Below the pieces are notes generated by a model. The model made no database searches, was not told the DNA's origin, and worked only from the letters and a program-made list of their open reading frames with translations. Positions 52,470 to 64,000 of a DNA stretch of 64,000 bases are shown here, piece after piece (the first letter of the stretch is position 1; every line of letters starts with the position of its first letter). The stretch covers positions 29,323,951 through 29,387,950 of the forward strand of contig NC_081380.1 of NCBI RefSeq assembly GCF_030684315.1, in the 5' to 3' direction. Source of the DNA: Stegostoma tigrinum. Its lineage: Eukaryota. The translations under genes and the position numbers were made by a program.

Positions 52470-53566
52470 AAGAGGGTGGCCATGGGTACCTGCATGGGCC
52501 CAAGCTATGCCTGCCTCTTTGTAGGTTACGTGGAACAGTCCCTCTTCCGCACCTACACAGGCCCCAAACCCCACCTCTTCCTTGGTACACCGATGGCTAT
52601 ATCAGCGCCGCCTCTTGCTCCCCCAAGGAGCTCGAACAGTTCATCCACCTCACCAACGCCTTCTACCCCAACCTCAAGTTCACCTGGGCCATCTCTAACA
52701 CATCCCTCACCTTCCTGGACCTCTCAGTCTCCATCTCAGGTAACCAGCTAGAAACTGATGTCCATTTCAAGCCCACTGGCTCCCACAGCTACCTAGAATA
52801 CACCTCCTCCCACCCATCCTCCTGCAAAAATTCAATCCCCTATTCCCAATTCCTCCGCTGCCGCCGCATCTGCTCCCAGGATGAGGCATTCCATTCCCGC
52901 ACATCCCAGATGTCCACGTTCTTCAAGGACCGCAACTTTCCCCCCACAGTGGTCGAGAACGCCCTTGACCGCGTCTCCCACATTCTCATCAACACATCCC
53001 TCACACCCCGCCACAACCGGCCCCAGAGGATCCCCCTCGTTCTTACATACCACCCCACCAACCTCCAGATACAACGCATCATCCTTCGACACTTCTGCCA
53101 TCACTTCACAAGCTTCAAAATCTCCCCTTCCCCTACTGCATCCCAAAACCAGCCCAGCTTGTTCCCCTCCTCTCACTGCATCCCAAAACCAGCCCACCCT
53201 GTCTCCACTTCCCTAACCTGTTCTTCTTCACCCATCCCTTCCAATTACCTGAAGCCGCACCTCCATTTCCTACCTACCACCTCATCTCGCCTCGTTGACC
53301 TGTCCATTTTCCCTGGACTGACCTATCCCCTCCCTACCTCCTCACCTATACTCTCCTCTCTACCTATCTTCTTTTCTCTCCATCTTCAGTCCACCTCCCC
53401 CTCTCTCCCTATTTATTCCTGTTCTCTCTCCCCATACCCCTCTCTGATGAAGGGTCTACGCCCGAAACGTCAGCTTTTGTGCTCGAGATGCTGCTTGGCC
53501 TGTTGTGTTCATCCTGCTCCACACTTTGTTATCTTGGATTCTCCAGCATCTGCAGTTCCCATTATC
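52470..53566 (+). mobile_element. PLE family 1 fragment: RT motifs, GIY-YIG deleted, intact 3' terminus
   Basis: AMGTCMGPSYACLFVGYVE; junction RHFCH|HFTSFKIS at ~53100; intact HHR at 53444-53474. Confidence 0.93.
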
Positions 53567-53659
53567 GCATTATAACTTACTGCCTCATTTTCAAATACTA
53601 TGAATAAATTATGATTTTACGTAAAAGGGGAAATATTTGCCAAATATTCTTTGGAGAAA

Positions 53660-53840
53660 GCAAGAACTGCAGATGCTAGAGTCAGAGACAATGCAGTGTG
53701 GAGATGGAAGAACACAGCAGGCCAGGCAGCATGAGAGGCGCAGGAAAGGGACACTTGGCCCTGACCTAAAACGTCAACTTTCCTGCTCCTCTGATGCTGC
53801 CTGGCCTGCTGTGTTCCTCCAGTTTCACATTGTGTTATCT
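53660..53840. mobile_element. Fold-back PLE mini-element (centre collapsed)
   Basis: gaacacagcaggccaggcagcat / atgctgcctggcctgctgtgttc; TSD-like tgccaaatattctttg / tgccaaacatactttg. Confidence 0.8.
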
Positions 53841-56800
53841 ATGCCAAACATACTTTGTTGTTATTTCTTTCTTTATAAAAGTACAATAAACAAAAAAAAC
53901 ATTTTTTAAGATTGGTGTAAAACTGCATCACATGTTTATGAGTTTTTACTGATTATTTTAATGGATATAGTAGACCGTTAACTTTAAACAAATCTAAAAC
54001 AGCAAGCACAGTACCATCAGATAAAATTGTTAAGGATCTGTGCACCCATCACAATAAGTAATATTAAACTTTGGGAGGTTAGACATAACCAAAATCAGGA
54101 ACCTTGTTTATGGCTGCGATAACTGGAATGAGATCTTTCTCAACAGCCCTTAGTGCAAAAGCTAACACTGGGATATCAGAGGAATTGGACTGTGCATCTT
54201 CAAATGTCACCCACTCAATTTTTTTGTCCAGTTAAATTCAGTGGACAGATCTTCCTTGGTTCACACTGTATGAAGTAAGAAGATCAAATTCTTATTATCA
54301 AATCATCTTATCAAAACAATCAAGTCAATGTATGCTACTCTAAGAGCACAATAGGGTACATTATTATTACAACATATGGGGAAGTGACCTAAACAAAGAT
54401 AGAACGAAGCAGCAGAGGCAATGGAGCAGAAAGCCACTGATGGTTAGTAGCCATTTGGATAGTGTGAAGACTAGAAGAGTGATTAGGATTCATAATAATG
54501 GCAATAGCACAACAGCTGCATTATTCTCTGGGTTAACCAAGAGTTCAGATGACATGATTTTCAAGTCAGCATTGCGGCCTGACCACCTGGATGCCAATGT
54601 TAGGTGAGATTACAGTCAATGACTGTGCAGCATTGTACCAGTGTCACTGTACTTTATTATAAACAGCCTGCAGCTGGTTACTTGGAAACCCCACTGCAAT
54701 ACATTTTAAGGAAACAGTTATTCATGATAATTTGGCAACAAATACAAGTGTAAGTGTTCAGAATTAAGCAGGGAATCTTATAGGGGCCTGAGCAGTATGG
54801 ACTGTGGAGAGATTTCTGCTAAAAATGGGTAAATCCAGTAAGGCTTATCTCAATGTTAGAAGCACCATGTACAATCTTTTATGCTTTTACAGAGCAGGGA
54901 GACTCTCAATTGGCATGTTGCCAATTAAAGGAAATTATGGTTTATTAAATGCCTTGCCAATGGCCCACCCCAACTCATTAATATTCAGCTTCCTATCTCA
55001 AAGGTGAATGAGCTCAGCATTGAACAATCTTGAAATGGAATCAGAGCGGGTACCTGGCGACTTTAGCTTTCTGCTTGCTCATCATCAAACAGCATCTCAG
55101 GGCACAATCCACAGGCACCAGCTGCGTGCAATAGTTATCCTCAAATATTGGCATCTGACACATGCACACTTCTCTCTCTGTTCCACTTATAGGCCACTTA
55201 GGCAGCACAGACAGCTAGCATTGAAAGGCTGAAGAAAGGGTACTTGTATACAGATTCATTTCACAGATTGGGCCAGGCTGCTTCTCAGGGCCACTCACAT
55301 ACTCCCTTAGTGCTTGCACACTTGGTTACACCAGCCATGTACTACAAGCCAGATCACGCCAGCTAGTGCATTAGCATTTCAGCACTTCCACACCGATGAG
55401 ATCTTTCACGCAGTCAGGCTGCTCATCATGCTCGTCAGACTGATGTGTCTGGAGGTTGGGGGGTTGGGGTGTGCAGAAGCTTGATGTTCACCTCAGAAAT
55501 GTTAGTTTAACACCTACAGTATGTGCCGGCTAACCACATGACGAACACGGATTCACGGATTCCATCAAATATCCCTGTTGGAAACTGAGTGGGGCTAGTC
55601 CTCAGTCCAGTTTTGCTGGGAGTTTGTGTTGGGGGTGGGGTGTTTGGGTGGGCTGAATAGCCTACTTCCACATTGTAGGCATTCTATAATTTTAGGAACA
55701 AACGCAATGGAAAGTGGAATGGTTGAGGCGAGTCAGGGATGGAAAGTGGGTCACAGCGCAGCAGACACTCCCTTTTTGGATATAATGAGTTGGTCCCTCA
55801 GCTGGCACGGTACCTTCACCAAGCTGGTACACATACTAGGACTAGGGCCATGGTGGAATGGACAGCAGAGCTGAAGAAAGCTCGGAAAGATTTAGGTGAA
55901 CCCTCCAGGATAGTTTGGACAGTGTGCACCACATCATCCTGGTGGCTGTTTTCTGCACAATTGATGGATGCAATGAAGTGAGTTGCCGGAAGCTGAGGAG
56001 CCAAGCAATGGAAGCAGTCATTTGAGGACAAAGAGCTGGGGGGAAGCTCTTCTAGGGGCTGGCAGAGCTCAGCCACATTAAATTTACAAGGGAGGCAGGA
56101 CCTCAGTGAGTTCCACTCGAGGTGAGCTGGGTGCAGAAGGCCAGGAATGGTCAAGATCAAGATGGCAGCATTGGGTTCAATTGTGGGTGCGAACTGCAAT
56201 CTGTTTCATTTTTAGGAATGACTCTCAAGAGAAAACAGATCCCTTTCCATCACATCCCCCCCCAAAAGGGGTTACTAGATAATATTTCTTTCAAGCTTTC
56301 TCCTTTATTTCTCATTTGGGGTTCCTAGTGGTACACAAATGGGTTATTCCATTTGCTTATGTGACAATAGTACCTGAACTTCAAAAATATTCCATGATTC
56401 TAAACACTTTGGAATACCATGAGAATATATTAAAAATATTTAAAAATTCAAGCTTTTTATTTCTAATTTTAAAACTGGGACTTTTGCTGAGTATTTTATA
56501 CACTTTAGAAATGCTCAGGCTATAAGCAGACAAAATACATTATTGGTAATGTGGATGCTGTTACAGAAGGCTTTTATGTTCTTTCAATTGTACAAAGAAT
56601 AGTTCATACATTACAGCAGTAATGACAGATGATTGCATTCTATGGCTTAAAAATCTTACTAACTTATTAACTGTGATACAGTTTGAAAAGATCCAACTGT
56701 TGCTTGAAGTCATTTGGTGATGTCATTCACTGTGTGCATAGAGAGACAGTAATAAAAGTCCTGGGATGGTGGGGGTCAGGGGATGAAGATGGGGGGGGCA

Positions 56801-57535
56801 GTGTAGGGGCTAGAGCACTGTACTGAATCAGACTGATAGGGGTTCCTTGGGTATATGCCCAACTGAAGCTTTCAGTTTTTCTCCTCCTAAGGTTTATCAG
56901 ACAACATGACTGTGTTTATTCACAGTGACACAATCAGCAAACATAAACATAATGACAAAAGCCCGAATTGCTGGAGCAGAACGTGGGCTGTATGAAACAA
57001 GGACTTTCAATTTTCTTTTTAAAAGAAGTTCATTTCCTATTGAGAAAGAGCGTGTTCAGCTGGCTATACTCAGAAGCAGACAGTGAAGTAATATGAAATG
57101 AGGAAATTCAATTAAATTGAAGCAGTTTGCAGATAACTGAACACTAACCAACCACACCTACTTCTGTTCCAAGTAAGTTCATCTGTCATTTTGAAATGTC
57201 ATTTTTTTTTACATTGACTGCTGCACTGGGGATTCTTTTTCCACAGAAATACAGTGAACATGAATACTACACAATCTTGGATATGCACCCAATTATGATT
57301 ACTTTTGTTCCTACAATTCAGCTCCTCGCCTAGCAGTTTTCCTGGGCATCACTCCCAACCAAGAAACAGATCTATTCAGAGGCGCTTGTGGGGAGCTGGT
57401 TAATGTGACGTTGGTTAATCCTTTCCCATGTAGAGACAGCTTGTTAAATTATATTTTTGTTTCCATTTAAGTGTAACATATTTCCTTTAGGTTAAAATAA
57501 AAAAAGCAAAGACTGCAACAAGTACTTACAGCTAG

Positions 57536-58645
57536 TGATAACAAAGTGTGGAGCTGGATGAACACAGCAGGCCAAGCAGCATCCTAGGAGCACAAAAGCT
57601 GACATTTCAGGCCTAGACCCTTCATCAGAAAAGGGGGATGGGGAGAGGGTTCTGAAATAAATAGGGAGAGGGGGGGAAGCAGATCGAAGATGGGTAAAGG
57701 ACAAGATAGGTGGAGAGGAGAAAGACAAGTTAAAGGGGCGGGGATGGAGCCAGTAGAGGGGAGTGTAGGTGGGGAGGTAGGGAGGAGATAGGTCAGTCCA
57801 GGGAGGACAGACAGGTCAAGGGGGCGGGATGAAGTTAGTGGGTAGGAAATGGAGGTGCCGCTTGAGGTGGGAGAAGGGGATAGATGAGAGGAAGAAAAAG
57901 TTAGGGAGGCGGGGACAAGCTGGGCTGGTTTTGGGATGAAGTAGGGGGAGGGGAGATTTTGAAGCTTGTTAAATCCACATTGATACCATTGTGCTACAGA
58001 GTTCCCAAGCGGAATATGCGTTGCTGCTCCTGCAACCTTCGGGTAGCATCATTGTGGCACTGCAGGAGGCCCAGGATGGACATATCATCTAAAGAATGGG
58101 AGGGGGAGTTGAAATGGTTCGCGACTGGGGGGTGCAGTTGTTTATTGTGAACTGAGTGTAGGTGTTCTGCAAAGTGGTCCCCAAGCCGCCGCTTGGTTTC
58201 CCCAATGTAGAGGAAGCCACACCGGGTACAGTATACCACATTGGCAGATGTGCAGGTGAACCTCTGCTTAATATGGAAAGTCATCTTGGGGCCTGGGATA
58301 GGGGTGAGGGAGGTGGTGTGGGGGCAAGTGTAGCACTTCCTGTGGTTGCAGCGGAAGGTGCCGGGTGTGGTGGGTTTGGAGGGGAGTGTGGAGCGGACAA
58401 GGGAGTCACAGAAAGAGTGGTCTCTCCAGAAGGCAGACAAGGGTGGGGATGGTAAAATGTCTTTGGTGGTGGGGTCGGATTGTAGATGGTGGAAGTGTCG
58501 GAAGATGATGCGTTGAATCCGGAGGTTGGTGGAGTGGTACGAGAGGACGATGAGGATTCTCTTTTGGCGGTTATTGTGGGAACGGGGCGTGAGGGATGAG
58601 TTGCGGGAAATGCTGGAGACACGGTCAAGGGTGTTCTCAACCACT
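57536..58645 (-). mobile_element. PLE family 1 fragment (GIY-YIG + 3' terminus)
   Basis: 216-aa ORF: CNHRKCYTCPH, NVVYCTRCGFLYIGETKRRL; HHR variant at 57598-57628. Confidence 0.94.
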
Positions 58646-59454
58646 GAGAGGTGGGGGTGGGGGGGAGGGTGCGGGGGGAGGTTGTGGTCTTTGAAGAATT
58701 AGGACTTTCTTTATACAAATTGTAGTTCTGAAAGCTGTACAAAACAATTTGAAATTCACAGCCGCAACACAATCAGATAGAATTTTTATTAGAGATGCTT
58801 TAAATTTAGTCGACAGACTGCATCTCAGTTCATTTCTTAATAAGAAATATGTTCTACTATTACAAATAGGACATCTTTCTCTTTCTAATTTGGAATCATC
58901 TACAGATTCAGATGGTATCATTAGCTCTGCTGCCTCTTACAGTTTGTGTAACTGTTTGTACTAAATGTTGTTTTGAATTCTTGATTTGATCAAGTTTCAC
59001 AAGGCATTGACTGTTTTCTGTAGGATGTTTTTATGGATGCCAGGTATATATCAGCCATTATCATAATTGGTAGTATGACTTGTCCTTAAATAACAGGTCA
59101 TCATGTTGAATCATTGAAGCACTTCCTACACTTTGAATGCATTTATTGCTATCACCAACAACCCCATCAACTGCAATAGAAATAATGACCACTTAATCGT
59201 TTCACTGTTGGCAAGTAACCAGGGAGGACACCAAGAAATCCTGCTTTGGTGAATGAATTCTTATCTGCAAATGAAATCGCAAAGCCAACTATAGCGTTTC
59301 ACACAATAATGATCTACTCAGTAGTCATTGAGCCGAGGACCTTCTTGGTACAATTCGCTTATTCTAAAAAAACAAAGGCAGCTTTTACAACAAAAAGTAT
59401 TAAAATGGTATTTTCTAAGGGGCTTCATAGGACCATTATAACACACTATTTTAC

Positions 59455-59910
59455 ATCGAAGGGATGATAGGGCAGATGATAAAAAGCCTGGGCAGTGGTA
59501 GGTATTTGGGTGCTCCTTCAAGGATGAAAGCAGAGAGGCAGAGGAATATAGTGAAGGAAATCTAGAGCATAGGGCCATGACAGCTGTATGTAAGCTGAGT
59601 AATGATGGAACAATGATAAAGGTACAGAATGCTCATGGAGTCAGAATTAGATAGGTATACGCATCTCTGATGGTTGTGGAGGAAATTATAAACATAGGCA
59701 AGGCGATGAAGTGATAAGAATGAGAATTCAAATGTCAAGCTTAACTGGGAGACAAGGGCTGGAATGGTGGGTGAAAGGAATGAGATGCAAATTAGGATTC
59801 AGGCAGCATTGTTTTGGATGACCTGAATTTTACACAGGGTAGAATGCAAAAGGGTGGCTGGAGTGCATTGAAAAGTCAAGTTGAGGGTTAACAAAGACAT
59901 GGATGACACA
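59455..59910 (-). mobile_element. L2 LINE 3' fragment
   Basis: Reverse strand reads IHVFV..LDF and IQVIQNNAA*IL. Confidence 0.6.
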
Positions 59911-60719
59911 TTCCTACACAGATCATATGCTACAAGATCTCTTAATAGAAACTTATAACCTCACTCCATTGTTACTTATGGCCTGCAAAGAACTTGTAAA
60001 GGCTTGTAGAGCAAAAAAAAATTAGTAAATGCATTAAAATGCATGATGGAGACTGAGTTATCTGGGCAATACTTTAGAAACGTAAAATTAATCTTGAAAT
60101 CAAACCATTATGTTACATTGTTCTTTCGCTCCATATTTCGCTGAAAATTACTAAGGGTACTAGTGGGTATTCAGTGTTGCTAAGGCTTTTACTCCTGTGA
60201 AGTTTAATTTATTTTGCATTGGCATGAATATTGCACAGGACCTAAAAGCAAAGTTAATTGATATACATTTACAACAACCTCCAACTTTTTAAAATCAGAA
60301 TGCATTGCAAATATTGTTCCTTGGAGTGAAAGGTTTTGCTGAAGGGTGATAAGATTTGCTGGACAGCAGCAAGGAAGGTACAGAATAAACTAATGGCCAA
60401 GTTCAGAATTCCAGCTGGTTTACCAGTGGCTGTTCCTGGAAAATGCCCAATTCAGGGTGGTGGGGAGAAGAGTCAAAGAGAGAGATCGCAACAAAGTTGA
60501 TAGTTTGATTAGTTCTTGAGTAGCATTGCTTCTGACCATATTCTGTCAAGGCATGTGTATATTTGACTGATATTGAAAAAGAATACTTATTTTAAAATAT
60601 ATCCTTAACTACCTATATCTGTTGGTATTGAGATAGTCTAGACATTCAATCAGTTCAAGGACAACTAGGCGATGTGGATCAAACAATGGTCTTGGCAGTG
60701 ATGTCCACATCCCATAAGA

Positions 60720-61190
60720 CATCTTAGGTGATTTAGAGTTAGTATGCAGATACAGCAATTAATCAAAGCTAATGGAATGCTTTCTTTATAGAATAAAGTA
60801 TGCTATGCTTTAGTTATACAGGCATTGGTGACACCAAACCTCAAAGATTGCGTGCAATTTTGATCTCCTTATTGGAGGAGGGATGGAACCGCACTACAGA
60901 TAGTTCATTATTATTAGATTGCTAGCTGAATGAGAGCAAGAGAGAAGAGGAAGAGGTACGAAGTTAGCCTGGAGCTGTGTTTCTAGAGCAGTAAGACTGG
61001 ACTATTTCCTCGGCCTGTGGCTTGTTAAGGTGCAAAGATCGCATGTAGCAGAGCGATGTGCTCTTCCTGCCAGACGTGGGACATCAGGAAGAGTCTCTAT
61101 GTTACTGACAATTATGTCTGCAGGAAGTGTGTTTGGTTACGAATTCTAACAGATAGCATGGATAGGTTGGAGCAGTGGTTAGAGGAGCAA
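60720..61190 (+). mobile_element. CR1 fragments: ORF2 piece (60720-60930) and ORF1 zinc-finger/leucine-zipper piece (61056-61190)
   Basis: DCVQF*SPY; MCSSCQTWDIR...YVCRKCVWLRILTDSMDRLEQWLE. Confidence 0.7.
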
Positions 61191-61254
61191 ATTGGCTGCA
61201 GACTGGTCCCCAGCATTACAAGTACCAGAGGCGGCAGAGATGGATCATTTACTT

Positions 61255-61605
61255 AGTAATTCTGGCCAAAGACTGCTGCGCTAATGCCACAGCCTTATCT
61301 TTTGCACTGATGTGCTGGGATCTTCCATCATTGAGGATGGGGATATTTGTGGAGCGTCCTCCTCCAGTTTGTGGTTTAATTATCCACCACCATTCACAAC
61401 TGATGCGGCAGGACTACAGAGCTTAGATCTGATCTCTTTTGAGAATCGCTTAAATCTATCACTTGCTACTTTTACTGTTTGCATGCAAGTAGCCCTGTTT
61501 GGTGGCCTCACCAGGTTGGCAACTCAACTTCAGGTATGCCTGGTGTTGCTCCTGTCATGCCCTCCTGCACTCTCTAATGAACCAGGATTATTCCTGGCTT
61601 GAGGT
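61255..61605 (-). mobile_element. CR1/L2-group LINE internal fragment
   Basis: Reverse strand reads GGRSTNIPILNDGRSQHISAKDKAVALA, a typical endonuclease-RT linker. Confidence 0.65.
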
Positions 61606-62109
61606 CACTTTCCAGCGATTGACTTTAAAAGCACTTGAGAAACAGTAAATGTTTTCTGCAACGCAAATGACATTTGATATTTACACTGTAAGAGACTTGG
61701 TTATATTTTACAAAATTCTCAGCAGTAATACAAACAGCCACTGAGTCAGTTATGTTTCATTTGTCAAAAAGAATACTACTGGATGACAGGATTCACAACT
61801 GGCTTCATACATTCAGGTCACATCATAGTTTTGTCAGTGAACCACTGATCCAGAGAATGAGTTTCAAAACCCCCCCCAATGACAGTCTGGATTCAGTTTC
61901 AGAATCAAGATACTTCAAAAACTGGGACAATACTAGTGTAAGTTACAATTAAGCTATTAGATTGTCGTTACAAAAACAAATTTACTAATATCCTTTAAAG
62001 TAACTTACTGTTCTTTATGGGACTCCAGTTCCATACCGAAGTAGTTGACTCATAACCATCCTCTGAAGTGGCTTAACAAACCATTAAGTTATATCAAATT
62101 TTCATGGAA

Positions 62110-62402
62110 TCCAATGAATCCATACAGTGTGGATATAGGCCAGTCAGCCCAACAAGACTAACATCCCCTCCTTATCCCATCACTAATCTGTCTATCCTAC
62201 ACATCCCTGGACACTATAGGTAATCCAGCTAACCTGTACATCCTCGCATTGGAGGATAAAACATGAACACCCAGGGGAAACCCATGCAAACACTAGGAGA
62301 ATACACGGGTGGAGTTTGCACAGTCGTCTGAGACTGGAATCAACCCCCGGTCCCTGGCGCTGTGAGGCAGCAGTGCTAACCACTGAGCCAACATGCCACC
62401 CC
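62110..62402 (-). mobile_element. HE1-like V-SINE nested in a tRNA-SINE (61958-62490)
   Basis: Head gtggttagcactgctgcctcacagcgccagggacc; V-domain gcatgggtttcccctgggtgttc. Confidence 0.85.
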
Positions 62403-64000
62403 TAAATCTTCAAAGAGAATGCCCACAACCACCTTCAAGGCCAACTAGGAAAGATCCATAAATCACCAGCAATGTTCACGTACAGAAAATTAAAGAGAGC
62501 CTGTCTCAAATGAAACTTAAGTTGCAAAAATGAATTCTAAATTTTGCCAATTCCATTAGTCTTCTTAAAATTAAGCATTTCCTGTAAACAGCCCTACTCC
62601 ATAGCCTTACCAGCAGATTTGGTGACATTAAATTGGTACACCAGTTAGAAACTGAGATTTTAACAGTTTCCTTTTTAAATTTTCTCAGAACGGCAGAACA
62701 AGCTGCAGACCTATTTTTGTTTTAAGTGGTCAAAGAAAGGGAGAGAACTTGAAACAACATCCCACAACTTTTCCAACACGTCAGCCACCATGCGCTGGAA
62801 GGCAAACACATTCTGGTTTAATAGTTGGGATTAATCTCATACAAGAGGAAGGTTGGAAGAAAACTAAACACCACGCATTGAAGAAAAATTTTGTATGCAC
62901 GAGTTCAGCAACAAAATTCTATATCTATTCAAGATGAGTCAATACATCCACAAGTAAAATCCCCCAGTTGCAGAGCTATAAAAAGCCAGAAGTATGACTT
63001 AGATATCCAAGCTTCTGAAAGTAAGTTGTTGCATAAAACATCAAAGTACAGTTTAAGACAGGAGCTTGTTTTCTTCATAAATTCCTCATCATTTTACCTT
63101 CAAAAAGATTGAGGAACTGCCTTTGGAGCAGCATCAATACACGTATAAAAGTAACTTCACCGTTACAATTTTTTTAAAATGTTAAGAACCAAGCAATTTT
63201 GAAAAAAGACAGTTTGGAGAAAAAAAAACCCAACTTTCTATCTTCCTACTTGTTTATTGACTGATTAAAATGCAACAACTTCATGGCAAGAGATTTACTG
63301 AATATTTCACAATAGCAGCAAACAATCACCTGACAATAAGCAAATTTCTAAAATGGAAGAACATTTTAAAAAATTAAAAAGTGAAACAAAATTTGAGATT
63401 TTTTTCAGGCACTCATTAAAATGAGTCTCTTGACATAGAAAAGAATATAGAGCAAGAAATGCAGTTTCAATAATTTAACAGGGGATGTGGAAGATGCTGT
63501 GACTCTAAAGTTGATTTCTAGTAGGTCACAAATTAACTTGAAAGCTTCCACAGCTCATCTTCAGCACTGGCAAATGTTCTCACAGTTCAATGGAGGTCAG
63601 AGTGTCAGCATAAGAGTTTTAAATAACAATGTACCACCAATTCTGGAATTCATTTTATTATTACTGCCTTTTCAGGTACAGATTATAACATATCACTGGA
63701 ATATGTACCATAAGACGCCAGCCCATACTGTCAACCAGGCACATAGGCAGCCTACCTCATCAGTATGGTGCAATTACCCAAAACACAATATCTGTCAAGC
63801 ACTAATGTTCTTGTTTGAGAGAAAAGGCAATGAAAAATAGTACTGGCTTATCCAATGCCTTGATATGTAGAGTGACTTTTAACCATAATTCAGAATCTTG
63901 ACTAAAATACATTCATCTTCACTGCTCTTAATAAACTACTTTCAATCACGTTGTTTAATAGAGCTTCTTGAATTTAAAATAAAATGCATGACATTTTCAG

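Noticed and set aside
54770-56200. Possible further Harbinger-like relic and 127-aa ORF
   Set aside because: No diagnostic motif could be read with confidence
62749-63840. Short ORFs and splice-like sites near the window end
   Set aside because: No consistent frame or recognisable product

Overview
Eukaryotic (vertebrate) genomic DNA, AT-rich and dominated by transposable elements. The repeat repertoire (HE1-like V-SINEs, Deu-domain SINEs, many CR1 LINEs, GIY-YIG Penelope-like elements) points to a cartilaginous fish, most likely a shark; this is an inference. I cannot identify any intact host gene: all long ORFs are TE-derived, and there are only a few weak candidate exons. TE content: two Penelope-like element (PLE) families, many CR1/L2/RTE LINE fragments, a decayed Gypsy element whose RT-RNaseH runs straight into the PPT and LTR (Gmr1-like order), a Harbinger-type Myb/SANT remnant, SINEs, a TIR-bounded relic and several nested insertions. 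The most notable feature is that the PLE 3' termini carry a minimal hammerhead-ribozyme (HHR) motif (CUGANGA-A-stem II-GAAA-CG-UC), with more than 15 copies in the window. These termini recur as non-coding, TSD-flanked fold-back (palindromic) mini-elements of about 0.15-0.8 kb, the undeleted ones carrying an HHR motif on each strand. Examples are an ~820-bp near-perfect palindrome (22817-23637) and a cassette with three HHRs (22336-22607). Ribozyme activity is inferred from the motif only. Coordinates were read by eye and may be off by a few nt.
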